A stretch of DNA of 64,000 nt, taken from Azolla caroliniana. Taxonomy: Eukaryota > Plantae > Polypodiophyta. The notes under the pieces were generated by a model. It saw only the letters and a list, made by a program, of their open reading frames with translations. It did no database searches and was not told where the DNA came from. The position numbers and the translations under genes were made by a program. Below, one piece after another: positions 51,394-64,000 of the stretch (its first letter is position 1; every line of letters begins with the position of its first letter). The stretch spans positions 16,058,001 to 16,122,000 of the forward strand of contig JBHGNT010000007.1 of NCBI GenBank assembly GCA_043228905.1, read 5' to 3'.

Positions 51394-52629
51394 CTCACTT
51401 GTCCAGGGCAACATCGCTTTCGATATTGTCAACAATAATGATAATTCATTTTGTCATTGAATGATGGGCGGCATTAAAGTGTGTATATCTTTAAGGAGTC
51501 TGACAAGTCAAGGCCTTTCATTGGTTTTGGTTGGTCTTGTCTAGTGTACCACCTTGCGTTTCATTCATATTGACCCATGCTCCAAAGAAGATTCGGCTTT
51601 CCCATAGTGTTCAATAATCCATTTGCCATTGATACACATCACATAAGCATTGATCATTTTGACTTCTCTTACAATATGTTCAATAATTCATCTCTCATTG
51701 ATAGTAGAGAGCTTTCTCGAGGAATTCATCACTTTGGCTTTTCTTAGACAAAGTTGAGAGCTTTTATTTTTGCTATCTATTCATTTGTTGTCGCATTTGT
51801 AGTGATTAAAAGAAACAAGTCACAAAGTTATCCTTTCTCTATCTTACTAGTCATATCACCTTGCAAGAAAGAGAACAGTCTCCCTTGAAACCCTACCAAG
51901 CTCCGAATTTTAGAAGACTTTTACACACCAACAACTTGTCTCTTGGTATTTGGATCCCCCGACTTCTGGAATGCTCCAATCCGACGTAAGCATCTAGCTC
52001 GGGATTGATACCCGTTAAAATGTCTCTAAAGAGGGTGGGTTTTGTGTCAGATGAATCGACAAAAGTGAAGGGGCCTAAGTTGGCCAATTTCATACACTCG
52101 AATGAGATGAAGGTGGGGCCTTCTTGTTCCTCCTTAACAGAATTTAAGAAGAAGAAGAAATTATCCCTCCACTAATTCTAATCCCAAGTTTTTACTCTCA
52201 ACTTTACAGATTAAATAGGTCTTAACGAGACTTCACAGTTAAGTACAGATACACATACGATAAGTACATGGATAAAGACAACAACCATTTCCATTATTAT
52301 GAAAGTATATGGCACGCATACAAGAGGTAGATTCATAAGGGTTTCGCTAAGGAATAGGGAGTAGGAAGCGAGAAGAAGGAGCATGAAGAAGGAAAGCAAG
52401 AAAAGAGAAAATAGGGGGGAAAGAGAAAAGAGTGGGAAAAGAGAAAGAGGGGGGATTCGGGAATTTAGAAATGAAACATTGAAAGCATAGTTATTAGTCA
52501 CGACTCACGACTCACATTATACATAATACATATACAGTTATACTATTATAAAATGTACATACTACAATGTACATTATAATAGGGAAATTGGTAAATTCAC
52601 AATTTTTTTTTGTATTTTCACAGTTTATT

Positions 52630-52671
52630 AAGAGAGAGATAGACGGAGAGAGAGAATTAGGGAGCTTCAAT

Positions 52672-52707
<36 letters not shown>

Positions 52708-52810
52708 GAGCTTCAATTAGACAGACAGGGAGAGAGAAAGGGAGCTTCAATTAGATAGAGAGATAAAGAGAAAGGGAGCTTCAATTACACACACACACAC
52801 ACACACACAG
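52630..52810. repeat. GA/CA microsatellite interspersed with 4x GGGAGCTTCAATTA
   Basis: Directly visible in the sequence. Confidence 0.85.
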
Positions 52811-53009
52811 AAATGCATAATATGCAGGGAGGGAGGGAGCCGTTACTGTGAGCGAGCGAGCGAGTAATTTTCGCGCCTCTATTTATAACAAAATATGTAG
52901 TGCAAATATAAACTGTGAGTGAGCACACAAATAATCATATTTCTGAACTAAAAAAAAACTATGAAAATACAAAAAAAAACTAGAGGGGGGGAGGGGGGGG
53001 AGGATAATT

Positions 53010-54025
53010 CTCGAACAATGGCCAAAGTTGCTTGGAAGGTGTTGCTTCAACCTAAAATCCATGGAGGATTGGGTTTGATGTACCCTTAAGTTTGTGATTC
53101 GAGGATTGGTCCCAAAGTCAAAAGCTTGGATAGGAATGTTTCTAAAGCAGCTAATGCACTTGGATTCAAATCTAGCAAATACCATAAGCATAACATCTTG
53201 CACATTTACAATTTGTTCATTGTGCCAAGATAATGATTGTTCCCATTTCCATGGTATATTCCTCACTTTCTACAACCTTCCAACCTATGCAAGAACATTT
53301 TTGGTTTGGATGCTTTATAAATGACACATTGTTGGTTGTCAAGGGCGTCTCACCTAATGGGTGCGTTACTTAATTTAAAGTTCTTGAAAACAAATTGCAG
53401 CTTTATGCCTTTGACTACAACTATCTACAACACATGCAACATGCACCAGTCAGAGTGGTTTCTAAAATTGGAAAAGAAGTGGTTGCTTGATCTTTATCCT
53501 TCCATCGCTCACATGTGTGATATGATGTGGTTGTATGCAAAAGAACCTGTTACAATATTACTATGGGATCCGGGGGATTGGTTCTGCTCATACTCCTTGG
53601 GAGAATAGATAATAAAGATTCCCTTCTTTCAGTATTCAATGAAACTTGGAAGGTCATTAGTGATGTCTAAGAATGTAAAAACACCAGCAACTCAAAAATA
53701 TTGGACTAACTGGGGTGTTTCAACTTTGCAGTTGATAACCTACTAGAGATGCATCTAGTCTTTCAAAGGGCCCACTAAATTTACTCTCTTCAGATGGCTA
53801 TTAGTGCATGCAGCATTACCAATTGGCCAATCATTGAAAGGGAATGTAGCACTGAATCTCAAGCAATGTTGCTTTTGCAAAGCAACTCACGAGACTACCA
53901 AGGATGCCCTCTAGTCTTGTCCCATGGCTTAGCAAGTATGGAATCCAGTTCTTTCTTTATTCCTCACAGTTAATGTTGGTTGCTTGTTCTCATGGGGAGC
54001 GGCGGTGTGGAGAGTTTTACATTCC
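53010..54025 (+). mobile_element. Older, diverged copy of the L1-type LINE fragment (no LTR at the site occupied in the other two copies)
   Basis: 53297-54025 aligns by eye with 4048-4740 and 55464-56200, and continues upstream without the copia LTR. Confidence 0.75.
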
Positions 54026-54720
54026 AATGTGTAGATATGGAAGTCTAGGAAAAGCATTGCCATGAAAGGCCCTAAAGAAGGTATAATGTGTAGATATGGG
54101 TGCCTAGGAAAGAAAAGATAGTGGTTGATAGAGGGGAACTAACTCTGAAGAATCCCAAGAGTTTGTAATGAAATTGGCATGTGGGTATCCTATAATTATC
54201 AGGCCAATGGCCCAATAGTTAAGGCACTAGTGAAAGCTTCCAAAGTTTAAGTAAATGATTGGCCTAGGGGTCCTATCCTATGATGCTTTATGGACTGACA
54301 TAACTAATGGCATACAGTTCCATAACAAGGTATATGCCCGATTGAACTAAGACGAGATAGATGCCGATAATGTTTGTCAATGGAAGAGACGAGAAGCACA
54401 TGAAATCGGAGATAAGTAGAGAAGACTTGGTAGCTATTCAAATCGAAAAGCTCCTCCTAATGTATTAAAAAGAGATCTATCTATCTATCTATATACATTT
54501 TGAAAGCTCTTCGTATTAGCTTTCTTATGAATCTTTTCTTTTCTGAATTGGATATTGGGTGAAGAAAATACAAGCTTTTTGCTCTACCTTAATCCTCATA
54601 TCCATGCATAGTTTTTTTTCCCTATTTTTTTGCCATACTTTTGTCTACTTTTGAAAACCGCCTCCAACTTTATATTCCTCATCATTTATTGTAAGATTGA
54701 ATCCTTTGACCTTTCATTTA

Positions 54721-55107
54721 TGTTAAAGATTACGTATGTTTTGTGCGGAAGCGTGTACGTAAACACAGAGTATACAGTTCAGAAATAAGACAGTTCGGTA
54801 AACACAGAAAACACAGAGAGGGAGATGGAGAGGGAGAGACAGAGAGAGCAGACAACAAAAAAACTCAAATTCAAAATAATGACCCTCTATACATACACCG
54901 TGCTCAGTGAGCACCTTTTATACAAGCCCTTACAATCGAGCTGACACAAGTACTGACGGTACTTGACTGCTCATAAATGAGCCACGACACTCACTCCCAA
55001 AATTATTCCTTTCGAGGAATATCTCTCTAACGGCCTTTCGGTGTCCACACCGTTACGACCATGTTGTGCGTACCGATTTACACATCCAGTTTACGCACTG
55101 GGTTACA
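54721..55107 (-). mobile_element. Probable solo LTR abutting the truncated element A LTR copy
   Basis: Plus-strand termini TGTTA...TTACA; minus-strand TATAAAAG near 54920; no PBS and no clean TSD. Confidence 0.5.
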
Positions 55108-58100
55108 ATAGAGACAACGTCCTCTACGTCTCTCACTCTCTCTCTGTACGCGGTTGCACTCAAATCTTGCACCAACACACTACACTAAGTTTGCCCTAAG
55201 TCATATTTATACTAATATGACTTTTCGGCTATTTACAAATATAGCCCCAATGGACTCTCAGAAACATATTTACGAATATGTCCCTTCATCCGGTGAACAT
55301 TCCTCACCGGGCCTGCATCATCCGGCTCTTGCCGGGCACTCGTCATCCGGTTCTCACCGGGCCTTCCTTGCCGGGTACTCGTCATCTGGTTCTCACCGGG
55401 TCTTTCGTTGCTCATCAACATTGTTCTTCTCACTTCCCATCCGGAGGGACCTGTTTCCTAACACATTTTTGGTTTGGATGCTTCATAAATGATACATTGT
55501 TGGTTGTCAAAGGTGTCCCACCTAATGCATGCATTTCTTATTTTGAGTTTTGACAACAATAGATTGTAGCCTCATGCCTTTGATTGTAACTATCTACAAT
55601 ATGTGTGGAATGCACCAGTCAGAGTGGTTGCTAAAATGGGAAAGAAGTTGCTTCTTGATCCAAGGTTATCCTTCCATCACTCATATGTGTGATATGATGT
55701 GGGTGTATGCAAAAGAACCTGTTGCAAGATTACTATGGGATGGGGGGGGGCGGTTGGTTCTGGTGATACTCCTTGGGTGAACAAATCATAAAGGTTCCCT
55801 TCTTTCAGTATCCAGTGAAACTTGGAAGGTCATTACTGATGTCTAGGAATGTAATGGTGCCAGCAGCTCAAAAACATTGCAGTAACTAGAGTGTTTCAAC
55901 TTTGATGTTGAAAACCTATTGGAGATGGATCTGGTCTTTCAAGGACCCTTCTAAATTTATTTGTTTTAGATGGCTATTAGTGCATGCAACATTACGAATT
56001 GGCCAGTCGTTGAAAGGAAATGTAGCACCTAATCTCAAGCGATGGGGCTTTTTGCTATGCAACTCAGGAGAATACCAAACATGCCCTCTAGTCTTGTCCC
56101 TTGGCTTAGCAAGTATGGAAGAAAGTTCTTCCTTTATTCCTAACAATCAATGTTGGTTGCTTGTTCTCATGGGGAGCACTGGTGGGGGGAGTTTTACATT
56201 CCAGCTTGATGTTGTATGACGTAGACGATATCCACGAGGCGATGACGGTACACAATAGAAGATTGATATTAGTTAGTCTGTTTCCACAACCTCGAAAGTA
56301 GGCATGATTTGTCCATGTCTGGAAAACTGTGACGATGGTAAAGTTATGGGTATTATGGAAATGTGGATGTGGTCGACTTTATGATGCAGCAAATCTTGGT
56401 CCTTTAGATGTACTGCTTGAGATATGGGAGACACTGATGACAGTAGTCCATGGGCAGTATGATAATATGTATGGTTCTGCAGAAAATGCTCATAAGAGGA
56501 GGACGAAGCTTCTTCACTTATGGAGGAAGTTGCCCTTCTTTGTAGTGTCAAGTCAAGGGCCTCAATGGAACTATCAACTTCTATGGACCCTTTCTTGAAT
56601 ATCAGTACGTCATGGCAATGTACCGTATCAAGTTGTTTTTGTACGTACAAGTTTTGGTATACACACAATGTCTTTTATTCTATGTTGTAAGCCTCTTGGT
56701 AGATAACTTCAAGTTGTAGTCTTCAGATGTTTTTAATACTATTGAAGAAAATCTTTCAAGGAAAAAAAAGTCATTAACATGAAGTCATCGTTTTGTTATA
56801 AGACGCAGAGTCCACAATGACTATCCAAAACATATAGTAAATTATTTTTAAAAAGTAATTTGTCATGCCAACTGAGTTGATTATAATTTTTTTAGGAACT
56901 CCTTGACCTTCACGATGAAATATGACTTGGAACAACATGATTCATGAAATCATGTGCATCTTTGAGCCTAGGTATGAAATTTAGACAATTTCTTGCGATT
57001 GATATAGAAATTGTGGTGTTCATGTTCAATGATAATATCGTATTTTGTTGTATTGTCAATGTCCAAGAGTAAAATTCCTTTGTATTTCAAACTCTAGAAA
57101 AAAAGAAGGAAATTTTGAGCATGACCAAAAATATTTTTAGATGTAATTTCCAATTTAACCTTATCAACCATTGTTTACGCGTTAGTATAATATTTCTTCG
57201 TGTCCCTTGTTGATCGCGAAAGTTCTAACACAATTTGTTAGCTTTTGAAATGCCTTGCGCAGATGCCCTGGCTAAAGGAAGTTTGGGCTATCCTAAAAAT
57301 ATGAGTCTTCCCACATTATTCCAATATGAGTTTTTCCACATTAGTGTAGTATGCTTTCCTTTTCCTTGACATTCATCGAAGTGTGACAATGACATTTGGC
57401 GATCATGTATTAGACTGTGAAAGGTAGCCTACATGTGATGATATGATGTGTATTGCTAAGATTTAGCATGCAACTTATAATAATCCAAAATGAGTTTTTC
57501 CACATCAGTGTAGTATACTTTCGTTTTCCATGTTGATCAAGTAAATTCTATAAAAATTTGTTGACTTTGGAAAGTCTGTTGTGCACATGTTTTGACTAAA
57601 GGAAAGGATGTTTGGGCTATCCTAAAAGTGTCATTTTATATTTATTTATTTTCCCAAAAAAACACTACTTCGCATTAGTGTCATTCTATATTAATCTAAT
57701 ATGAGTGTATTTGTTTTTGGAAAGAAAGAAAAACTTGTATCTATCTGTCTTCCAGTTTGGGATTTCTTTTTCCGAGAAAAGACGTTGCTTTCTCATTAGT
57801 TAAGAGAGTTATTTACAGAAAGGCTATAGAATATATATATATATATATGTGGGAGTATCATCCCCCGTCCGAGTCCAAGAATATGAGCAAGCAAATAGGG
57901 CTATTTACATATCTATCGCAAGCTACCACGAACCTGTTCCCCAAACCCTTAACAAAGGAAGGGTGGGAAACAACCTACACTGGTGTTATAAATATGAATG
58001 GAGCATATTCACTTGACTTTTGGAGCTCATTCAATGCTATAATGATTAGAAGTGACCCACTTGTATTTATAAGCCATAGTGGTGGCTAGTTGTGGCAACC

Positions 58101-58160
58101 AACCACCATTCAGAATCTTGTGGCATACTCAACCTTTAAGCCAGTAGAGCCAAGAAGGTC

Positions 58161-59080
58161 ATGGCCCAAGTAGGTAGTTCATGTCCACTGTTTTGTGGGC
58201 AAGAACGAGATATGGTGGCCACGTTTGCCGGTGTGCTTACAGTCCTTACATTCTTCATGGCCCAAGCTCGAAGAGGGTCAGGATATGATCATCTGAAAAC
58301 TGAGTTGCAAGCATTTTTTGTCGGCATTGCCAATGCGTGTAGATTTGGGCCAGGATTCGGACTTAAGGTGGCATTCATGAAGACCCACATGCACAACTAC
58401 TGGATCGTTTATTCTGGCGGGGCATTGGTGATGGTCAAATGATTCCCCCATACGGGGAGGGGGTTAATCATGAAAAGGAATCATATTGGGATCCTTGGTC
58501 ACTTGGCATTCTTATGGCGGCACAGGTGCGGATTGCTTATATCGAAGAGCCTTCTGGATCTGCTAGTCCTAGTCATGAGGACTCTGTCCGTTATGGTGAG
58601 GACAATGTTTGCAGTAATGAAGAGTGTTCGGATTTTATTAAATTGAGCTATCCATTGCACATATACGAGCATGCACTCATGGACAACGTTGAACACATCC
58701 GGCACAGGCACTCAACCACTTATGTCCTAAAGTGGGACTTCTTCAAGAGCAACATTGTGATGCTCCTATATGTGTTGCTCATCAACTCTGTGATGTTAGG
58801 GCTCACCGGCCTTGCATTGTTTTATGGTTTCTATTTCCTGAAGCATGCCCACTACTCCCTTCTTTGCGCCCTGCCTTCATTCGCATTCACCTTGGTGGTA
58901 TTTTTACCACTTTTCTCCAAGGTAACATCTACAACACAAGAATCTCTTCTAGTCACACTCAGAGTGAGCCTTTTGCTGGCAATCATTGGAACGATAATGG
59001 AATGGAAGACACTTTGTTTCAACCAGCCCTCCAAGGCTTTTACATATCATGCCTTCCCTCCTCACGTCAGTACCTTTTAA
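58161..59080 (+). pseudogene. Second frameshifted paralogue of the membrane protein
   Basis: Near-identical to 6700-7637, with the same frameshift plus an 18-bp deletion at ~58380. Confidence 0.8.
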
Positions 59081-59857
59081 TTAATATCTATTTCTTCCCA
59101 ATCTACTATCCCACATCTTATGTCAATCAATAAACTTGATCATACCCACTGCATTGGATACCAATGCATATACCGTATGTTCAATCCCTATTTACATATA
59201 TGCACACTCATACGTCATATGCATGCATCTATTTATGACATTATCTTCTTGAGCTTTTGTAACGTACCTTGCACTTGTAATCTCTAACTACTCTACATGA
59301 AAATAATTATTATTGCAGAAGTATTCCTTCATATAATATCTTTATGAATAGCACAAGACAACGATGATGTTGGTAGATTGCACTGCATCACCATAATACT
59401 AAGATTGTGAGCTCCTTTGCATCCAGATCATTGTGTGAGCTAGGTGGAAAACGCCGAGGTTTTCGACTAGGAGGAGGAATTTAAGGTAGATAAGATTATG
59501 AATAGATTGAATGAGAGAGATATAGAAAACCCGTGAATCCCACGAGGTGTATTATATTAATCAAAATTTAGAACTCTAATAATTCCCCAAAAATTCAACA
59601 ACCCCCAATTACATTTTGCTCCCATCCTTATATAGTGATGGGAGAGGCTAAGTATAGCTTATCACATAGCAACCATCATGCTTTTTCTAACTATAGTATT
59701 CATACACATTAGTTGTGCATGAGTAGCTTTTTCTAAGATATTTCTTTCAACTATAGTGTTCATGCACACTAGTTATGCATGAGTTGCTTTTACTAGAATA
59801 TATGTAAAGAATCGAGAGTGATTATGTGCAGCGGAATGTGTATGTATGCGTGTGTGC

Positions 59858-59929
<72 letters not shown>

Positions 59930-60769
59930 ATAGAGTGTATAGAAATATAGTAAATTGTATTAACAAGAGGAACAATAGGCAACAAGTACAAAGAGGAGAA
60001 GAATGTGCTCATGTAGTCACCTTCTCTCTACATTCTCTTACCACCACCGTTTCTTGGGAAAGAGGTGGAGACTTAACTACCTACTAAATATGTATCATAG
60101 GACTTAACTTCTATGACACGTTAGTTATAATACAAAGGAGGTGGGATATTCACACACTGGGGTATTCTTAAGGTGTTTTCCCACACTAGGGAAGTTGAGT
60201 TTGATTCTCAACATGCCCCATTAAACGCAACTTTCGGTCGGTGAATAGTTGGTTCAAACTGGTCTTCGGATCAGCTTTTAGTTGGCTCCCACTTCAGTTG
60301 TGGATGGTTGGCTCACGCTTGTGTTCGTTCTACTCCATTCGATGTCGTGTCGAACGGCTCCTTATCCATACTCCCCCTCAAGTGTTAGGAATATGTCCCT
60401 CTAGTGGCAGGAGCCGATTGCTTGGAGAGAGCCGACAATCGAAGACAAGGAGCATGCGACTGAACGGATGAGAGCTGACGGTTGAGGAGTCGACTCAGAG
60501 AGAGTTGATCGAGGTTGAAGACACAACCAGCTAGTCGGGCCGACCGGATGGTCGATGACCAGGCCGACTAGTCGGACCGACTCGACAATCGATGAAATGA
60601 GTCGGTTGATTAGTAGGACTACTATTATTATTATTGGATAATAATAATGGCCATGATTGTAAATAGCCCATTCTTTGTATTAGTATAAATACACCTAGGG
60701 AAAATAGAACATGGATATATATAAATAGGCATGTCTGTGTGAGCCTCTGGTGTGTAGCGTGAGAAAGTA

Positions 60770-63712
60770 AGATATATTAACGTCTTCTAAGGCAAAAATT
60801 GGCCCATGAGACAAATGGTTTACAACAAAAAATGGGATATTTACCCATTCATCGAAGGTAAAAAATAAAAATAAAAATAGAGTTTTAAGCTAAATAGTTA
60901 TAGTAAACTAACAAACATGCTCTACAATGAAAATGATGTTATACTAGGCCTAATTTCATTTCCATCCAAGTCTCTCAAAGAGAAGCGGGAGATCAAAGGG
61001 TTTCGATGTGGATATGGCTTGTGGCCCCAATGTAAAAGGTACCCCAACCATAGCTTCTAGTCGACCTAGCTCACGTTCCCTTATCTTCTTCGTCCTTTCT
61101 ACTCCGCGTTGACTTGTTTTGAAGCCCAACATCCGAGGGCATTTGGTTGTTCTTTGCATTTCGGCTTCCTCAAGAGAGAGGCCAAGAGGCTTAAGTGTAT
61201 CCACATTCATCGTCTCCCCTTGTTCCTGAAAAATTACACTAGTTACAAGTTGATGAATAGTAAAAGGGTTATGGTTAACACTTTGCAATTTATTCTCCCT
61301 ATGTTGGTTTAGCTCTAAGATATACCTACCTAGTCTCTTTACATCCGGGGTATCTAATAGTTTGGAGAGGGTGGGAGAGGCTCCTAGTATGTCTTGGTAT
61401 TCCACTCATATCTCGGCATATGTTGGGCACTTGCATGTGAAGTGATACTCATCCTCTATCTCTATGTGGCACAACCTACATAGCTTTTCCTCTCTAGGGA
61501 CTCTATTAGCCCGACCATTATCAATCTCAAGTTGGTGATATGATATCCTAAGTTGTCCAATGGCCACCCTTAGTGCATTTGATAAGAATGTATCTAGATA
61601 TCTTGGTCGTGTAATAAAACCTAGCTGAGAGAAGTGCAAGAAGTGTTCCTTATAGTACAACATTTTAGATGGGAGTCGCCCTTGTGGGGTGATCCATTTA
61701 TATCAAGTGTAATTTTGCCATATTTCTTGGCGTATCACTTTATTACGGTCTTCATGAGATATTAGAGTTTGATCAGTCCCATGGTTCTACTTAAGGGGGG
61801 GTAAATTATTAATGTCTATGTTGTTTGCAAGTCACCAACTCACGACAGTGCTATACCAAGAACTAGTGTTTCCAGACGCATGTAGGGATCGGGATGCCTC
61901 AAAGGCTCAATGGGATATCCTATCTAGTGGTTGCCTATGTATCCAATGAATAAAAAAAACCACTTGAAACAGTGTTTCTACTAACTTCGGGGGCAGACTG
62001 AACTCTGCTCTAATAATGTCATGTGGTATTGTCAATTTGCTTCGGATTGCATCCACATGAAAGATGGTAGACCTGGAGCCCATACTACTGATGCATACAT
62101 GAGGGAAGGGGTCACTTTTGAGTCAAAGAGCCATCCCTTAGTCTGTGGCTCTTGAAAGTATGCGTGGTGGCATTGTCTCTCTAAGAGTGAGAGGGATGCA
62201 TACACTCTGGTTAGCCTATCTTTGGTTGCATGGGTCATTGAGAAATTACCTGAGCGAGCACTAAAAGTGACTCCCAAGTATAAATATGATCCAACTACCT
62301 CAACTAGTTTATGAGAGAGGATTAGGTGACATTTACTCCCAAGTCGGGACGATGTATGAAAGAAAAGGACTTTAGTTTTTGCAAGATTCACTACCAGTCT
62401 TCGTTGTGTACAAAAGTCATCTAGGGCATTAAGAGGCATTAAGATGCTTTTGCAGGTCGTGTTCCAACTCCGAGAGAAAGACAATGTCATCTGCGTAGAG
62501 TAAGAGACTAACTTGCATATCCCCAATAGCTACTCCCTTGCCTCCCTTATGTGCAATAAAATCAGTGATCTCATCAATTTAGATCTGGTGTTTATGTAGG
62601 TCCGTATTTAACGTTTAAATACGTATAGTACCTCATCATTTGTATAGTACGGTATTTAACATATTTATAAAAAAAACATGTATAATACGTATTTATAAAG
62701 AAAATGCAAGTAAAACCCCAACAAAAAGCAAAAGAACAAAAAGATTTTAGTGAAAAAGAAGCCAAAGGAAGGAAGAAAGAAGAATAGAAGAGACGACGAT
62801 GAAGAAGATGATGAAGAAAAAGGAGAGAAAACAAGACATAAACCTGTCCTGACTCTATGTGTGATAATCACAGAAGATAGAAGAAGAAAAAGAAAATGAA
62901 GAAAAGAGAAACCTATCATGAGTTTGATAATCGTAGACAATTCCTCAATCTATGAAGGCATAATTGTAAATAATTACAATTTGAAGTAGAAATCGTGATA
63001 CACACTTACACTGATTTATAGAATAAGGGAATGTCGACATCCATATTACTACAAATATTTTAGGATGTTAAATGTTCAAATGTCTTATATGCATTTTAGG
63101 ATGTAGAACTATATTGTATATCACAAAATTGTGTAAACATAGATGTTTTTTACAATATTATAGATATTTTTTAGAAAGGTAAATAATTTTCAAATTCTAG
63201 AAGTATTTAACGCACTATACGTAAAATACATATTTTACGTATTTTATAAGTATTTAACATATTAAGAAAACATATTTAACGTATTTTTAAATTGGTAGGT
63301 ACTATATGCGTATTAATATGTTATATACGTATGGTATCCATATCGTACCTAACGTACCTAACAACCTTGGATAGGGGGCAACCTTGTTTTACACCAATGG
63401 TACTAGTGAAACAATCGGATAGGCCACTTGGGCATCTTACACACCCAGAGACTATTTAACGTATTTTTAAATTGGCAGGTACTATATGCGTATTAATACG
63501 TTATATACGTATGGTATCCATACCGTACCTAACGTACCTAACAACCTTGGATAGGGGGCAACCCTGTTTTACACCAATGGTGCTAGTGAAACAATCGGTT
63601 AGGCCACCTAGGCATCTTACACACCTAGAGACTTGCTCATATAGGGCATAAATGGCCCAGATAATGTCATTTGGTATCTCCAAGCTCTTAACTACATCAA
63701 ACAACTTCTCGC
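60770..63712 (-). mobile_element. Duplicate of the LINE RT insertion with its internal insert
   Basis: ORFs 60956..61405, 61406..61663 (intact LCRLCHIEIEDEYHF), 62032..62526 and 63501..63704. Confidence 0.88.
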
Positions 63713-64000
63713 TATGATCACAACAACATTCGAGGCTGTTTACACTGTGTAGAGAGAGTGTTGTACTTTGATCTCATTGTTGTATATCCATTGTATAGTC
63801 AAGCTCCGTTCTCTATGGTTTTCACCCGCTTTAGGGTTTCCACGTTAAATCTGTGTACATTGTTTTTTGTGCATCAGAGTTGTGTATTTCAGCATATTCC
63901 CCTTCTAGTGGATTGACAATTCCTTTCCCAACAAAGTGGTATCAGTGCTTGAGGTGCAAGCATGGAAAGAGGTGTGAGTGGCTTCCCAAAAATGATAGTT

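Larger units (their letters stand above)
55101..64000 (+). repeat. Segmental duplication, copy 2 (partner 3620-12955); runs off the window
   Basis: Contains the partial element A LTR (to 55463), LINE relic, membrane-protein pseudogene, element B LTR (60213..59803), and element C LTR (from 60383) with LINE insert and PBS at 63937. Confidence 0.97.

Noticed and set aside
54050-54470. Possible Gypsy integrase relic (Y..QANG, W....ALW-like)
   Set aside because: Too degraded and short to support as a feature without a profile search.

Overview
This is repeat-dense, AT-rich plant nuclear DNA. The TE types and gene style suggest a large-genome non-seed plant such as a fern, but that is inference only. 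Two apparently intact genes are visible. The first is an 8-exon ferric reduction oxidase (FRO) gene on the minus strand (34515..30542, about 818 aa, all splice phases consistent), followed by a still-open duplicate of its last exon. The second is an intronless 510-aa multi-pass membrane protein of unknown function (51159..49627), which has two frameshifted paralogues at 6700 and 58161. The rest is mostly nested transposons: Ty1/copia elements (one with a TCAAG target-site duplication, TSD), Gypsy remnants, LINE relics, a degenerate Sola-like DDE transposon with a related derivative, and hAT-type non-autonomous elements with 8-bp TSDs. One hAT element has captured intron-containing XRN exoribonuclease exons. 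A 531-bp copia RT segment is tandemly repeated five times. Region ~3620-12950 is duplicated at ~55100-64000.
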